DNA of 60,850 nucleotides, filler included, from Dugesia japonica (taxonomy: Eukaryota), in the NCBI GenBank assembly GCA_001938525.1. It is 5 parts of 5 records of this genome, joined end to end, with 100 filler letters (N's around TTAATTAATTAA, not from the genome) between each part and the next. Parts side by side here need not be neighbours in the genome. Positions count along the whole stretch, not along the records: positions 23,402 to 31,744 come from MQRL01580808.1; positions 31,845 to 41,960 come from MQRL01594222.1; 3 more parts are not named here. One strand, written 5' to 3'. The stretch's first letter is position 1. Every line of letters starts with the position of its first letter. Positions 25,480 to 39,125 of this stretch are shown one piece after another. A program made the position numbers and the translations under genes. The notes beneath the pieces were generated by a model. The model did not search any database and was not told where the DNA came from. It saw only the letters and a list, made by a program, of their open reading frames with translations.

Positions 25480-26480
25480 GAAAAAAATCCATATGAATTT
25501 GAAACTTCTTGTTAACGTTTTGATAAAAGAAAAGATACCATCATAAGATAAATTTGAATAGTTGTTTGATTCAAAGAACTTAACAATCGCAGCAATGATC
25601 TCAATGTGATCTTTGTAAATTTGACATAGATAAGAAAATATGGTAATCGAAAGGTGACATGTCTGTGTTATATGGTGGATTTTGTAAAGTTTCCCAATCC
25701 AGATTTTAAAATATTTCTTGAGTCAACTAGGCAACATGAAACTTTGCCTTATTCTGCAAAACAACAATCCCTTTTCAATTAATTCAACTTGGTTATTTTT
25801 AAGCAATGCTGAATGAACTCGGTCTCATTTCTGGCAGTATACATTGAAATTGAATGTCTGGTCGCATTCTAAGCATTTGCCATATATAATTCTACTTGCT
25901 GAATACCAGGCACTTTGCAAAATATTCGGGTAAATTTTAAATTTGGGGAAATACTTCAGAGGTTCAACCATGTTTTATCAAAGAAAACGAATGCTTAGTA
26001 ATAATATATAGAACCGATTTTTTTGTCTACAGTATTTATTCGATCAAGTATATACATATTTTGATTGAGTAAAAACAAAGAATAACAAATATCAACCTAT
26101 TGCTTTTATTTAAAATTACTTAAATCGCGAGGCACAATTTTGTACAATCTTTTGGAAAATCTTAGACTTTACAAATGATTCCAAATGGTTGATAGGGAAC
26201 AGGTAAGGTCTAAAGATTGTTCTTTTATTGTTTGCCTTTGGATTAACTTGAGTTGTCTTAAGTAAGTCATAATCAATATCAGCCAAAAGTTGACCAGAAT
26301 ACAGTTTTTCTTCAAGATTTGAATGTAATTTTCAAAGGATTTGAAATATTTCTTGTGCATTCGTTGGAATGTGCGCCTACCAAACACTTCAATTATTCTT
26401 CGAGTGGTTTCCGTCACGCTACAACCACTCTTGAACTCATATAACAAACAAGCGTGAACTTTGAATTTTGCTAGCGACAT
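25480..26480 (-). mobile_element. Mariner transposase remnant
   Basis: ACLLYEFKSGCSVTETTRRI HTH N-terminus, LDRINTVDKK and WETLQNPPYNTDMSPFDYHIF (YSPDLAPSDY-like). Confidence 0.85.
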
Positions 26481-27588
26481 CTAAAAATAGAATAATTCTA
26501 TAAAACATTAATAAACTATCAATTAAACAATTTATCCTTTAAAATACACAACGCACTTGAAAATGATAAATTCAAACCAAAATTACGATTATTGGTTATA
26601 ATGTTACATTGTTTTAAGGTTGAATTTGTGAAAAACGAGAAAATCTTTTTGAAAAACGTTATACATTTGTTTTCTTGAAATAACATTTATTATTATTATT
26701 ATTAACATTATTAGTGGTTCCCACCAAGAAATTATTTATTTAATTGGTCTTTGGTGTGTTTTGGTTTGAGAAACAATTATTTAGACGAATCACAACAGGG
26801 TTGAACTTTAGATAGAAATACCGGAGATGAGTCTAAATTACGAACCAAGTTAGAATGTCTGCGAACTATAGAAAAAATTAGTAAAGTTGAATCTCTTTGA
26901 TCATTTATAAGTGAATATAACTTCAATAAATAGATAACACAAAGAAATAATTGAAATATTTTAATTTTCATAAACTTTGATTTTTAAAAAAGGTTTAACA
27001 CATTGTTTTAATAAACGTGTATTTTGCAGATAGTTCAAGTACAAAACAAACTATAAAAATTGATAGTAACATAACAAGATATTTTGTTTAATAGGGACAT
27101 TTTCATTTTAATATGACAATAATCAATATTCAATAATCAAATTTTAAATCAATATTAGAATTTTGAAAAATTTTAAAAATAAATTTTAATTAATTAAATT
27201 TTTTATTGAAATAATTATATAACTAATGGCATAGTTTTATTTTAAGTACATAAGTATATATAAAAGTGTATTACCCCGTTTAAAATTTCACCTGAAAATG
27301 ACAGTTATTTGATCGAAAGTTGTTGCCGTTAATAAACATTTCTTATATTATTCTTTTTTACTAATTTCTATAATTAATTAAAATTTGATTATACATTAAG
27401 TATCAAAAAATAGAATGATATGTCAGTTTTGTAAGTTAAATAATATTGTAAAACTATCAATGCGTGAAGTGACACACTTGACAGTTATCATNNNNNNNNN
27501 NNNNNNNNNNNNNNNNNNNNNNNNNNNNNNNNNNNNNNNNNNNNNNNNNNNNNNNNNNNNNNNNNNNNNNNNNNNNNNAAAGTTGAGA

Positions 27589-30500
27589 GAGACATTGACG
27601 GTTTTGTCGAAGCCATGAAGTCCTTATATCAGGATCACATAAATGAGATCCCTCGCAAAGATTTAAAAGGATAAAGAACATCATCAACGAATCGCCGAAA
27701 AGGAAGATATCTATATGACACAAAAACGATAATTATGAAAATTTAATGAAATCCTATATAAATGGAGTTGGAGAGGAAAGTACGTATGAATAATTCACCA
27801 GTAAAAAGAGTATATGAGCGGAATATTCAACCAGTGATGACGGAAGATAGAATACAGACGATGAGGCAAGATATTATTTTATTAGACAGAGTGGGTTTTC
27901 AGAACTTGGCGAGTAGAAACTTTAGTAGGGACAATGTTATTGTTGGTGAGAATATAGACTCATATGTTGCCAATGCCTGTGGAAAAATAATTGTTTAATT
28001 TGCGGAAGTTTGATATTACAGGGTTGGTATTATATACAGAACACTAAACATTTGTGTATTTAGTNGAAATGAAACGATTTAAAAGAAGATACTAACATAA
28101 CAGATCATGATGTATTAAAGGAATAAACCAGAATAACTCCATTGGTTTCATTTTGTCAATAGAGTCAGAATAGAAGAAAGATAAAATAAATCGAAATTAT
28201 GATGAAAAAGTAGAAATGTTTGATAAAGAAGATGAACGAGGGTAAAGTAGAGTAGATAGTAGTGAAGTTAAGTTAGAGATGTTGTGGGATTCAGGAGCTT
28301 TAGTAATAGTCAAACATTAAACTATTGGATAAAAATTGTAAAACAGTTGTTGCCAGTGGGCAGCATCCCATTTAATAGAGCATTTAATAAGGACGTTGAA
28401 AATATGTTGGGTATTGCAGAATTGACTACAAAGTGGAACAAGAAATACAATAAATTAAAGTCATCATAGTTAGACAGATCCACTCAGAATTGACAAGTAA
28501 TATTGATACAATTCATTGTTTTGGAGTGAAATTAACAGAAATAAATTACATTGAAAATAAAATTTTGAAAATTAGACATTTGGATGAAGGTAGAAAAAAC
28601 AACTCGTTGAAGATGTTTTAAGGAATTGATAACCGAAAAGTAGTNCAGAAAATTTCGAATTTTGGTGAGATATTTATGGCTTCGAAATTCAATATTAGAC
28701 ATACGAGGAAGGTAACACGTGAAATAAAAATTAAAAGAGATTCAACAGTACACTATCAAATACATTCCATGCATTCAGAAAAGAAAATTGAATATATGAT
28801 TAAAAAATTAGAAAATATTGGTGTGATAAGCAGGCGTCATTGTCATTTGCTACTAGTCATTGTGTGTAAAAAGAACGGCTTGAATAGAATGTTCACGGAT
28901 TACAGATAAGTGAAGTTAAACACACAAAAACTGTCTATCAAACTGTTAAAAAAAAGTTTATCTGTAACGTAAATATTTTTTTTGATTTATCTGAGACAAG
29001 CTTAATACCAGATATTCAGCTATTATTATATTGTTTATCTGTAACGTAAATATTTTTTTGATTGANNNNNNNNNNNNNNNNNNNNNNNNNNNNNNNNNNN
29101 NNNNNNNNNNNNNNNNNNNNNNNNNNNNNNNNNNNNNNNNNNNNNNNNNNNNNNNNNNATTATTTACATCACCGGTTATTTTTCAAAAGATAATTTGCGA
29201 GTTATTGGATGGATTAATTTTCAAAGATGTGTATGTAAATCTGGAAAATATTCTGGTATATGGAAAAACTTTGGAGGATCACAATAAAATGCTAGCGAAA
29301 GTCTTTTATAGGATCAAGGATTACGAATAAGCCCGGATAAATTTAAGTTTTATCAAGAAGAAGTTGGTATTGTTGAGATATATAGTGGATGTAACTAGTA
29401 TTCATACCAATGAAGTTAGGATTCTGGAGACTAAGAATTCTAAAGTCTCAGAATATTCTTCAAAACTTTATTCGTTTTTCGAAGATAAGAGCTCTTATAT
29501 GTCAAGTAAGATCAGGTTGTATCAAACGATTAAAAGCGTTTAAAGAGATTCATGTCAGAATAGTTTTAATACGTTAAAATTCATTATGTAGTGCTTCAAT
29601 ATTAGAATATCAAAGGGAGGTCAGATGTTCATTTTAGATACCGATGCTAGTTTAAGTGCTATAAGCGCAGTTCTTAGTCAATACATTTGAGGAAAAGAAA
29701 GTAGTAATATACGTATAGATTAAGACATTTGACAGCTCAGGAAAAACAGTACTACGTAATAAGGAAAGGATTATTAGTTTACACGAATTTGTAAAATTCA
29801 AACAACATTTATATGAAAAGAGATTTTAAATTAGAACAAGCCGCAAAGTGTCTGGGTTTTTGAACCACACAGAGAAACCAATCAGTCAACAATTCCATAC
29901 GTGGATAGTGAATTTGGGAGAGTATGATCTTAAAAAATCAAAAAGGTGAAGAACATAACAATGAGAATGAGCTGTATAGGCTAAAGTAGAGTGTATGTTC
30001 CCAGTTCAGCACGAAACACATAGACGCATACATAAACATACCAATGGAGTTCAACATGTGACCGAAATAATTACAATGATTTGACAAGAAGCCAACATTT
30101 TTAGAATAAACTATACTGAATTTACCCCAAATAGAACAGAGGAAGTTGGGAAACAAATATATGGCGGTAATTATTGATCGTTTTAGTAAACTAGTCAGCT
30201 TATCTGCAGTTTTAATAAATAGATAAAGTCAAAATTTTATGGTAAATTTAAACAAATGGATATAACGTTTTGGGAAACAAAAGAACATTCTGACAGAGAG
30301 ATGAAAAGTGTTTGAAAGTCATGTGATGGGAAAGAAACTAGGAAAATTCGGAATTGTGCGGGAATTTAGTTCCCTGTATCAACATAAATCGAATGGTTTG
30401 GTGTAACGAATGATTCAAAAAGTAAAGAACAGTAACACAATTTCAGTAAAAGGAAATTTAGTGAAAAAGATTGGGAGGTATTATTAACGAGGTTGAAATT

Positions 30501-30900
30501 TAGTATTAATGCTACAATGTAAGAGTCAACAAAATTCTATCTTTTTGATATCGTGTTAGGTCAGAAAATAAATCTTCATACGAAAGAAGAAACNATCTAA
30601 GGTGGAAAGACAGACAAAGAAAAAATGTTGTAACAGAATTTGGAGAAAGAGACCCAGAAAATGGAGAATTCCAAGAAAAGGAAATCAGTTTAAAGATTAT
30701 TTAAGGAGAGATACATTATTAGTCTGAGTAGAACCACACAGACAAAAGAAGAGCGAATTGTTTTTACGAGCACATTAAGTAAAAATAAAGTTTTCAAATG
30801 AGTTGAAAACCAGGAGATTAGAATGGCTAAAAGATGGAAAGCATTATAAAGTAGGAGAGATTTAAAGAAATTTAAAATAATATTTTTCAATGAAATGAAA
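27589..30900 (+). mobile_element. Ty3/Gypsy LTR retrotransposon internal region, decayed
   Basis: Protease MLWDSGA (~28280); RT VCKKNG..RMFTDYR and SPVIFQ..VYVNLENILVYG; RNase H FILDTDAS..AVLSQ; integrase IIDRFSK and YQHKSNGLV, in Gypsy order. Confidence 0.9.
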
Positions 30901-30918
30901 TAATTCATTTAATCTAAA

Positions 30919-31074
30919 AGCTTTGATCAAAGTTTTGGTTTTTTTTATTGATATTAAATAACAATTCGATATTTCGACCTTGTCTTCGTCAGGAATTGAC
31001 TTTTTTGAAGACAAGGTCGAAATATCGAATTTTTATCCAATATCAATAAAAAAACCAAAATTTTGATCAAAGCT
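30919..31074. repeat. 156-bp near-perfect palindrome (arms 30919-30987 and 31007-31074)
   Basis: AGCTTTGATCAAA..TTCGATATTTCGACCTTGTCTTC / GAAGACAAGGTCGAAATATCGAA..TTTGATCAAAGCT. Confidence 0.95.
30961..31000 (-). ncRNA. Minimal type I hammerhead ribozyme with intact core
   Basis: Minus strand GTCAATTC-CTGACGA-A-GAC(AAG)GTC-GAAA-TA-TC-GAATTG: CUGANGA/GAAA/UH core, 6-bp stem I (CAAUUC/GAAUUG), 3-bp stem II, GAAA-YR-UH minimal stem III. Confidence 0.8.
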
Positions 31075-31415
31075 NNNNNNNNNNNNNNNNNNNNNNNNNN
31101 NNNNNNNNNNTATGTCCAACATTTATTCTCGCAATACTTGGAATTGTAAAATGAAATAATGTTCAAATTTTTAATTAATAAATATTCGAAGTATTTAGTT
31201 ATTGTTCAATTGTGATAGATGACAATATTATAGTAACTACAAATAAATTAAAAATTATTCAAATAATAAGAAAACAAATTGAAATATTATGACAATCTAC
31301 TTTAACAGTTTTTTAAAATATGTTCCATTTTAGAATTACTAAAAAATAAATTCATCAAATAAAGTATGGCAATAGCAAAAGCATAATTAATATCAAAGCA
31401 ATTCATGTTTTCAAT

Positions 31416-31727
31416 TTATGGTTTCAGAACATTAGCAGTAAATTTATCTTTAACATTGCCCGATGGATGATAAAAGCAAACAATATATGATTTCCCTGAT
31501 CTATGTTGACCTATTCCGATTCCTATTTTCTTTGAATCTTTCCAAACTAATTGAGTAAAATGTCCTTAAAAATTTAAGTTTTAATAATATATCAATTTTA
31601 TCATTTTCTTTTTATTGTGCTAAAATTAAATTAATTTACTAACCGACTTGTTTGAAAGAATTGCCTGGCTCATTTCGATAATTATAATTTTTACCTTCAT
31701 TATACCAACTTTTCACCAGAGCAATAC
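31416..31727 (-). CDS. CAP/SCP (GAPR-1/PR-1-like) protein, C-terminal two exons (31727-31644, 31564-31416); 5' part in gap
   Basis: VKSWYNEGKNYNY..VG|HFTQLVWKDSKKIGIGI..YIVCFYHPSGNV..F.ANV CAP signature motifs; GT-AG intron. Confidence 0.9.
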
Positions 31728-32303
31728 CTGAATAAGAAAAAATANNNNNNNNNNNNNNNNNNNNNNNNNNNNNNNNNNNNNNNNNNNNTTAATTAATTAA
31801 NNNNNNNNNNNNNNNNNNNNNNNNNNNNNNNNNNNNNNNNNNNNACAATGTATTAACCAATGGGAATTAAATTAAATTTCACTATTTAAAGAATTCATAA
31901 AAAGGATATTGAAAAAATTAATTAAAATTTTAAATGTTATCCTAAAAATTAACATTAAATTAATTTTAATATATTACCAATAAAATGCTATTTGTTGAAT
32001 TTTCTTATTTCTAATTCTTTAATTCTATTAATAAACGACTTAACNNNNNNNNNNNNNNNNNNNNNCCAATTCGATTGGGTTAAATATATAGTTATCATAA
32101 ACACTGAAAATTATATTATTTACTAACAAATTAAACATATGAAACAAATACTTTAACAGAAATTCTAACATTATTCTAAATTATTTTTAAAAATATAGTT
32201 ATATATCAAATGGTAAAATGAACTGTAAAAAGTTCTAAATTCTATTATTTCATTAATTAAATTTACATAATTTTAAATTAAATATTTTACAATAAAAATT
32301 AAC

Positions 32304-33101
32304 TTTTGCTTTTCGGATCTTCGCAGTTAACTGCAAAAATAGCATGATCTTTGGATTTTAGTTTTTCCGAAGCTTTATCTAAATTCGGTTTTGATTCTTG
32401 GCAGTGTGGACACCATGGTGCATAAAAGAAAACCAACGCGTGTTTAATTTTAAGTAAAGTTTCATTAAAAGTTTCTTTGTTTAAATATTTTGTATGATTT
32501 AATGGTAAATCAGGCATCTAAAGAACATAATTTAAAAAAAACTGTGGTTTATAAAACTTTAACATACATTTTCATCATCACTATTGGATCCTGGTTGATT
32601 GTGAGTTGTATCAACCGTCTTTGAAAATTCAGCTGGATTTTCAATAAATTTCAAAAAATTCTCTTCTGTTGGTTGACCATTATAAATATGAACCTTATTA
32701 TCAGGACCGAACGCTTTAATAGTTGGATATCCTTCAATATTTTGTTGTTGACAAATATCTAATACGATAATAAATATTGTTACATTATTTGTTTGAATAT
32801 TTTAGAAAAATAAGTGATCAATTAATGAAATTTATCTACCGGTATTTTTAGAGTCTTCACAATTTAACAAAGCGAATGTATTTTTCGAATTGGAATTTGC
32901 CATTTTCGATGCTGCCTTAAATAATTCAGGTTTTGCATCTTGACAATGTGGACACCAAGGTGCATAAAACATTACCACAGTTGTGCCGTCAGTTTTCTTA
33001 GTGTAATTTTCAAAGAATTCTGCTGTCAATTCAAGTACTTTAACATTTGATGTGACGGATATTTTGGTGATTAATAAGAAACAAATTAACGACAATAACA
33101 T
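32304..33101 (-). CDS. Secreted protein-disulfide-isomerase-like protein with two thioredoxin domains (PDIA5-like CPHC sites); exons 33101-32840, 32758-32568, 32517-~32304; 3' end not found
   Basis: Signal-peptide-like MLLSLICFLLITKISVTS; two FYAPWCPHC motifs; IEGYPTIK cis-Pro motif; in-frame GT-AG introns. Confidence 0.88.
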
Positions 33102-33609
33102 TTTTTTTAAATAAAATTAAATGTTATAATTGAAATTACTCTTAGTTTATAAATAAGTGAACATTTTAGGAGTCATGGTACACGTTGATTTACGACATAT
33201 AATGGCACCCGTATTTTAGTACTATTTTATTGTTTTTAAAAACTAAAATCAATAAAATTATAATTCCTGTTTTTCAGCTTACTAGTCAAAATTCTATTGG
33301 TTAACCTCTAGTGTTGAAATTTTGTGACATTTTACTATTATTTCAATTTCAAATTTGTCATTATGGTAAAATATTTTTATTATGGTTTATACTTTTGTGC
33401 TACATTGTTGTATTACTTATTTTTACGGTCATGAGTTTTATTTCTATTTAAAATGGATTATTTGTAAAATTAATTCTTTGATGATATTTAAAAATTATTG
33501 ATAAACTAATTATTAAATCAATACAAATACACATTAAAATTTTTAGCTTTATAATTACAATTATTGAGAGAATAATTGTTTGGACTTAACCGTTTATCGT
33601 ACTTGAGAT

Positions 33610-33888
33610 TTCATTAAAATAAAAGCTTCTGTCGAAATGTTGTATTTTTTACATTTTTTATAATTTTTTAGTATTTTTAATTTTTCGACTTTTATCANCT
33701 TGAGGATTTAACTTTTAGATTTATTCAAAGTTTAAGAGGAAATGACAAAAATTTGATACTGTATTTGAAATCAAATAAAAAATAAATGCTTTCTAGTTTT
33801 TTCATGCTGTTTGGTAGTTATAAATAATAATGTATTTACAATTTATACATCTTTTACACATTTCAATCGAAGCTTTTAATTTAATGAA
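33610..33888. mobile_element. MITE-like element with ~34-bp imperfect terminal inverted repeats
   Basis: TTCATTAAAATAAAAGCTTCTGTCGAAATGTTGTA versus reverse-complemented TTCATTAAATTAAAAGCTTCGATTGAAATGTGTA. Confidence 0.6.
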
Positions 33889-35829
33889 GTGTATATGTGC
33901 ATTAAATTATATATTTAAATATATTTAGAATTCTGGATTTTTGCAAAAAATTTAAACAAATGAAAGATTTATATAAAATAAGATAAATTAGACTTAATAA
34001 AGTTCAACGATGATAAAGAATTATAATAGAAGAAGAAAAGTGAAATTACAAAAAAATGAATATTCAGTTTGGTGATGATCATTACAATGTCATACATGAC
34101 AATTTATTCAAATATATTACAAATCTCAATCATTAATTAAAGTTACTGCATTTGTACTATGGAAATGTANGGAATTGTCTATCGATTGATCATCTTTCAT
34201 TCGTTTTGAAATTTAATACCAACAATAATAATAGTTGCAACAAGATGCTAGTATAGAGATTATACAATAATAGTCACCCTGATCACAAGGCTCATGAAGT
34301 TGTCTGTCAAACCAGAGCAAGTATTATTGAATTGTGAACCTGAACCAAAGGAATGTGACCATGCACTTGAACTATGGGTACGAGTCACCGGCTCCATTCT
34401 GAAAATCTAGCATGGGAAAGCTAAATTAAATTCTTTGCGGGGTTTCACTAGCCCATGAGCTGCTTACATGGAACTCAAACAATTTTACGGAAACTACGTT
34501 GCTTATACCATAGGAAAATGGATCCAGCAAAGTGGTGGGTATGATTATGACGAAATAATAATGTAAGCACAGCTTTTCTTCTTTATAAATATGTCAAAAT
34601 CAAACTTGAAAAAGTCAACAAATGTCTGAAGTCTTTTGTCTGGTTAAAATCAAAAATTGTCTCAGTTTCACTAAAACTCGGATGGTTATATGGTTCTTCT
34701 TTAGTCCGAGGTCATCTTTCTAATTAGTTCCCTGATTTTTTCTAATACTTTACTGTTGTTCATTGGCGGTTATTTTTAACTTACTCTTTTTCTTTGTCTT
34801 TTTTTGGTGTTTATTTTTAGTAATGAAATGCTTTTTCGTTCTTTCTCTTTATTATATTCCAAAACTTCTCATTTAAAAATCTTTTATTCTTCTTTCCAAC
34901 GACTTTTTGAATAAACTATTTATGAAAAGGAATTCTTTTTCCTTATAGCTATTCACTTTTTCTTAATTCTTCTCATTTTGACTTTTCTACCGAAAGTTTG
35001 AGCATTTGTTATATTTTAATTAATTATTTTTTATTTTGTTATCAAATTGTTATTTTTCCCGTTGAAGTTATTGATAATTATTCGTTGGTTTGTCGTAACT
35101 CGTAATTTCTGCCCCAAATTTATTATTTTTCTTTTCAGGTCGATTATTTTCTAGTTTCTTCCTGATTAATTTGAATTTTGGTTGATGGAATTTATTGAAT
35201 TTTAATCTTAATTTATTGATCTCCTAATTTGACTGATAATTATTTTATTTGGGGACCCGTAACTATTTTAATTTTTATTAATGAGTGTTTCATCCAAACA
35301 CTAAAATTAAATAATAAAACTTTATAATTGTCCTACCAGCTAGTATCTAAATCTTTTTAGTATCTTTTTGGTTCGAAAATATCATGGACATAGTCCATTC
35401 TGGTGACAATAAGAATAGATTAGTTCATAATATTGTTCGAGGTGAGTTAAAAGTTGTAATATTTAATTAAATATAAAAATTAATTAATAATTGTAAATAA
35501 GTATAAATTTACGTGAACCGTTTAATGATAGTCTTATGGTTCACTGGAACCAGTTAATAAACGGAAATAAAATACTTTCGAATTGCTTTGTATTTATATT
35601 TCATTTTTACTTTTTCTCGAAAGAAATTTTTTTCAAATTTAAAAACTTTTGTGATAAGGTGAAAACGAACAATAGCATTATTATAATCAGAAATTATCTA
35701 AATAAAATAACTTATTTATTAACTTAAAATAATATTTTACGTTTGTAAGATAGTTTTTAAAAGAACAGATTTAAAATTTTTTATCTTTAAAAACTTAAAA
35801 AAATGAAATGAATAAAAGATTTTTATTTT

Positions 35830-36090
35830 AATCTATTTTTCTAATCAAATATATTTTAAAAAGAATAAAATATAAAATTAAATTTCTATTGTAATGTATT
35901 TTTTTTAAAAAAATAAAATATATTTTAAGAATAAAATATAAAGCTAAATTTCTATTGAAACGTATTTTTTTAAAATTAAATATAATTTAAAAAGAATAAA
36001 ATATGAAATGTTATAAATAAGGGATGTTTATTTAAGATATTATTTTAAAATCAAATATAATTTAATTATAATAAAATATAAAATTAAATA
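35830..36090. repeat. AT-rich ~60-bp tandem repeat, 3-4 degenerate copies
   Basis: Repeated AAGAATAAAATATAAA..TAAATTTCTATTG. Confidence 0.65.
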
Positions 36091-36551
36091 TTTGATTTTT
36101 CCGTATTTGAATATGAATTTTTAAATTTGTTTGTTTAATTAACTTATGATATTATAGTTTTGTTATATTAATAAATCGTTGTAATGAATTTGAATTCTGA
36201 TGTTCATGATGTAATTTCATTTTTATACTTCAAATATGAAAAGACAAAATGTGTTAACATCATAGTTTTTAAAAGAAATAAAAGAGAAAACATTGACCAG
36301 TGGTACCAAGGCGACTGTATTAAAGGCAAACAAAGGTATATCAACTTTGAAGTAACGTCTATCAGAGATTTTCACTAATCATATTAATATAACTAGCCAT
36401 TTATCGATTTGTTGGAATTCGGAACAATTAAACTAGATCAAGGGAAATATGACAGATTATTTGTCAGTAATAAAAAATTGGTATACGAGTTGTTAGACTT
36501 AGAAAACTAATTAAGCATAAAATATATATTCTAAACACAAAATGATATTGT

Positions 36552-36556
<5 letters not shown>

Positions 36557-36585
<29 letters not shown>
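36557..36585. repeat. (TA)n microsatellite
   Basis: Directly visible. Confidence 0.9.
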
Positions 36586-36586
<1 letters not shown>

Positions 36587-38429
36587 CTTTTGAGCAATAA
36601 TGCAATAATGCTTTTGAGCAGTTATGCAATAATGTTTGAGCACTAAAATCATACACACATTCAAACAGTCAATCACGCATTCACATATTATCACATACAT
36701 ATCTCAATTTAGTTATATACAGGTCAATATGAAGATATTATATTATTCTCAGTCATATCTCACAGCAGTATTGTAAAAATTTGAGTCAAATTTAATATGT
36801 AAAGAATGGAAAGAATGTTAGGTATCGGCCTCGGGGTAAAATAAAACAGTACAACAAGCATCTTTAAGAAAAATTTTATTTATATTTTGCATCGAAAGCA
36901 CATGAGATAGCTGTTGAACATAAAAATGTACTTGAGAATAAAATCTTTCCCGTATGAGTCGTTAAGATGAATGGAAAACTTATTGATTCTACTAAAACAT
37001 TTTACAAGTAGAGGTTGTGATTTCTCGAATTGTTTTGATTCTCGACAATCTGAAGTATATAAATTTATTTTTAAATATATTGAATTTATTTTTTTACAAC
37101 ATAAAACGAAAGTATAAAAATCAAAAGAAACAAAACTACTATAATATATTATGTTAGGGCTTCCAATCAGCAGATAAAAGGCTCTAACAATAGATTAAGT
37201 AGATCTTCGCAATGACAATAAACATAATATAGAGCTTAGTCAATTATTATAGTAATAATTGACTTCGCTGTAAATACAACTTCTCCTAAACGGATCAGAA
37301 AGATTTTTATTGATTTTAAATACTTTTTTATATATAGATTATATAGTTTTTAATAACTGATATAACTTTCCTATGTTAAATTAAAGTAGTATTTACTTGA
37401 TAAAATTTATTGAATAACAAGTTAAAATTCAACAGTGAATTTAAATAAAAGAACAAACGAGTCGCAATGACAGAGTGTTCAGTTATAGCTCTTTCAGACG
37501 ACACGATCAAATCGATTAGAATTAAAGCGCAATTTCGACTGAATTTTCATCGGTATTCATACCAGGATAAAATACCGCAACGCTACAATTAACAGAAAAA
37601 CAAAATCATAAATTATTTTCTAAAAAGAAAAATAAAATTTATAAATAAATATAGTACTTTTTGTTTTTTGAGAATTTTTTATTAAGAAAAATAAAATTAA
37701 TATAATAATAATTTTTTAAAATATATTTTTGATTACAAAATTTTTATAAGAATATTTACAAGAATTTTAATTAGATAAAATTGATAGTATTATANNNNNN
37801 NNNNNNNNNNNNNNNNNNNNNNNNNNNNNNNNNNNNNNNNNNNNNNNNNNNNNNNNNNNNNNNNNNNNNNNNNNNNNNNNNNNNNNNNNNNNNNNNNNNN
37901 NNNNNNNNNNNNNNNNNNNNNNNNNNNNNNNNNNNNNNNNNNNNNNNNNNNNNNNNNNNNNNNNNNNNNNNNNNNNNNNNNNNNNNNNNNNNNNNNNNNN
38001 NNNNNGGTATTGGTTTGTTTTTGGATTGTCTAGTTTGATTTGAAAACGGCTGATTTTTTTCTTTGATTGTTCATTGTCAAGATCATGATTGTTTTGGATT
38101 GAGAATGACTGACCATTTGTGGTTATGTTGATGTTATATATTTGGTGAGTTTATTATTATGTTTGGGGGATTGCTAGTTGTTTGATTGTTGTTTTGTAAT
38201 GCATGTTGTGTAAACCCAACAATTATGGGTTTATAACTTTTTAAAAACACAGAAAAAATATGTAGGAGTATATAAAAATAGAATATAAAATAAAAAATAT
38301 GAAAAATTAAATTAAATTAAATTGTAAAAGAAGACATGAAAAAAATATAAAATAGTATTTAAAAATATTTAATAGTATTAAAACAAACATAATTAATATT
38401 AAACGAATAGTGTAATTGTAGCAAAGTTG

Positions 38430-39125
38430 GTGATACTGGTCCCATTGTTTGTTACAGAGACTTTTTTTCAAAACCAATTCCGAATGATAAAAATTTTAAA
38501 TTTACTAATTTGTATAAACGCTCTGTTGGACAAGAACCTTTTATCCTAATTAACTTGAGGTTATCAGAGTCACCATTACAATAATAAATATTAATGTGCA
38601 CATAACGTCGATTTTTAAAACTGCATCATTCATCTATGGACAAACTAATTTTGTTTTCTCAGAAATCATAATGGCAAATTTTTTATATAGTTTGTTGTTT
38701 AATGATTTCATAATATTTGTGAATCAAGTTTATCACGTTTGATGGCTGCTTTGGTAATTTAAGATTATGAAACTTCTAAGTATTGCGTATTACATATTGT
38801 AAATATTTGTATACCATCCTTAGCAGTTAACTTAGAAACAATTTCTTCATTAGTAATATTANNNNNNNNNNNNNNNNNNNNNNNNNNNNNNNNNNNNNNN
38901 NNNNNNNNNNNGATAGATTGAAAGGAAATTTTGTTTTTTTTTATAGGTTTTGCTGCTTAGAATTGCTTTTTAGAGCTGCTTTTGCTAATTTCTCGTGTGA
39001 TTTGCATTGAAAACTATGAATTATTTTATAAATGACAATATAAATCTTTTGTTGATGATGTTCNACATGCCAAAATCTTAGAACATAAATCGCAAGGAGC
39101 TTTATCAATAACTCCAAATATCATA
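38430..39125 (-). mobile_element. hAT transposase remnant with BED-type zinc finger
   Basis: KAPCDLCSKILAC..SSTKDLYCHL, EEIVSKLTAKDG, SLSIDE*CSFKNRRYVHINI..LKLIRIKGSCPTE. Confidence 0.75.

Noticed and set aside
28955-29064. 30-bp duplication beside a gap in the Gypsy element
   Set aside because: Probably a contig-end or assembly artefact
37525-37560. Minus-strand CCGATGA..GTCGAAA hammerhead-like string
   Set aside because: Core mutation, broken stem II and no YR-UH site; cannot be told from chance
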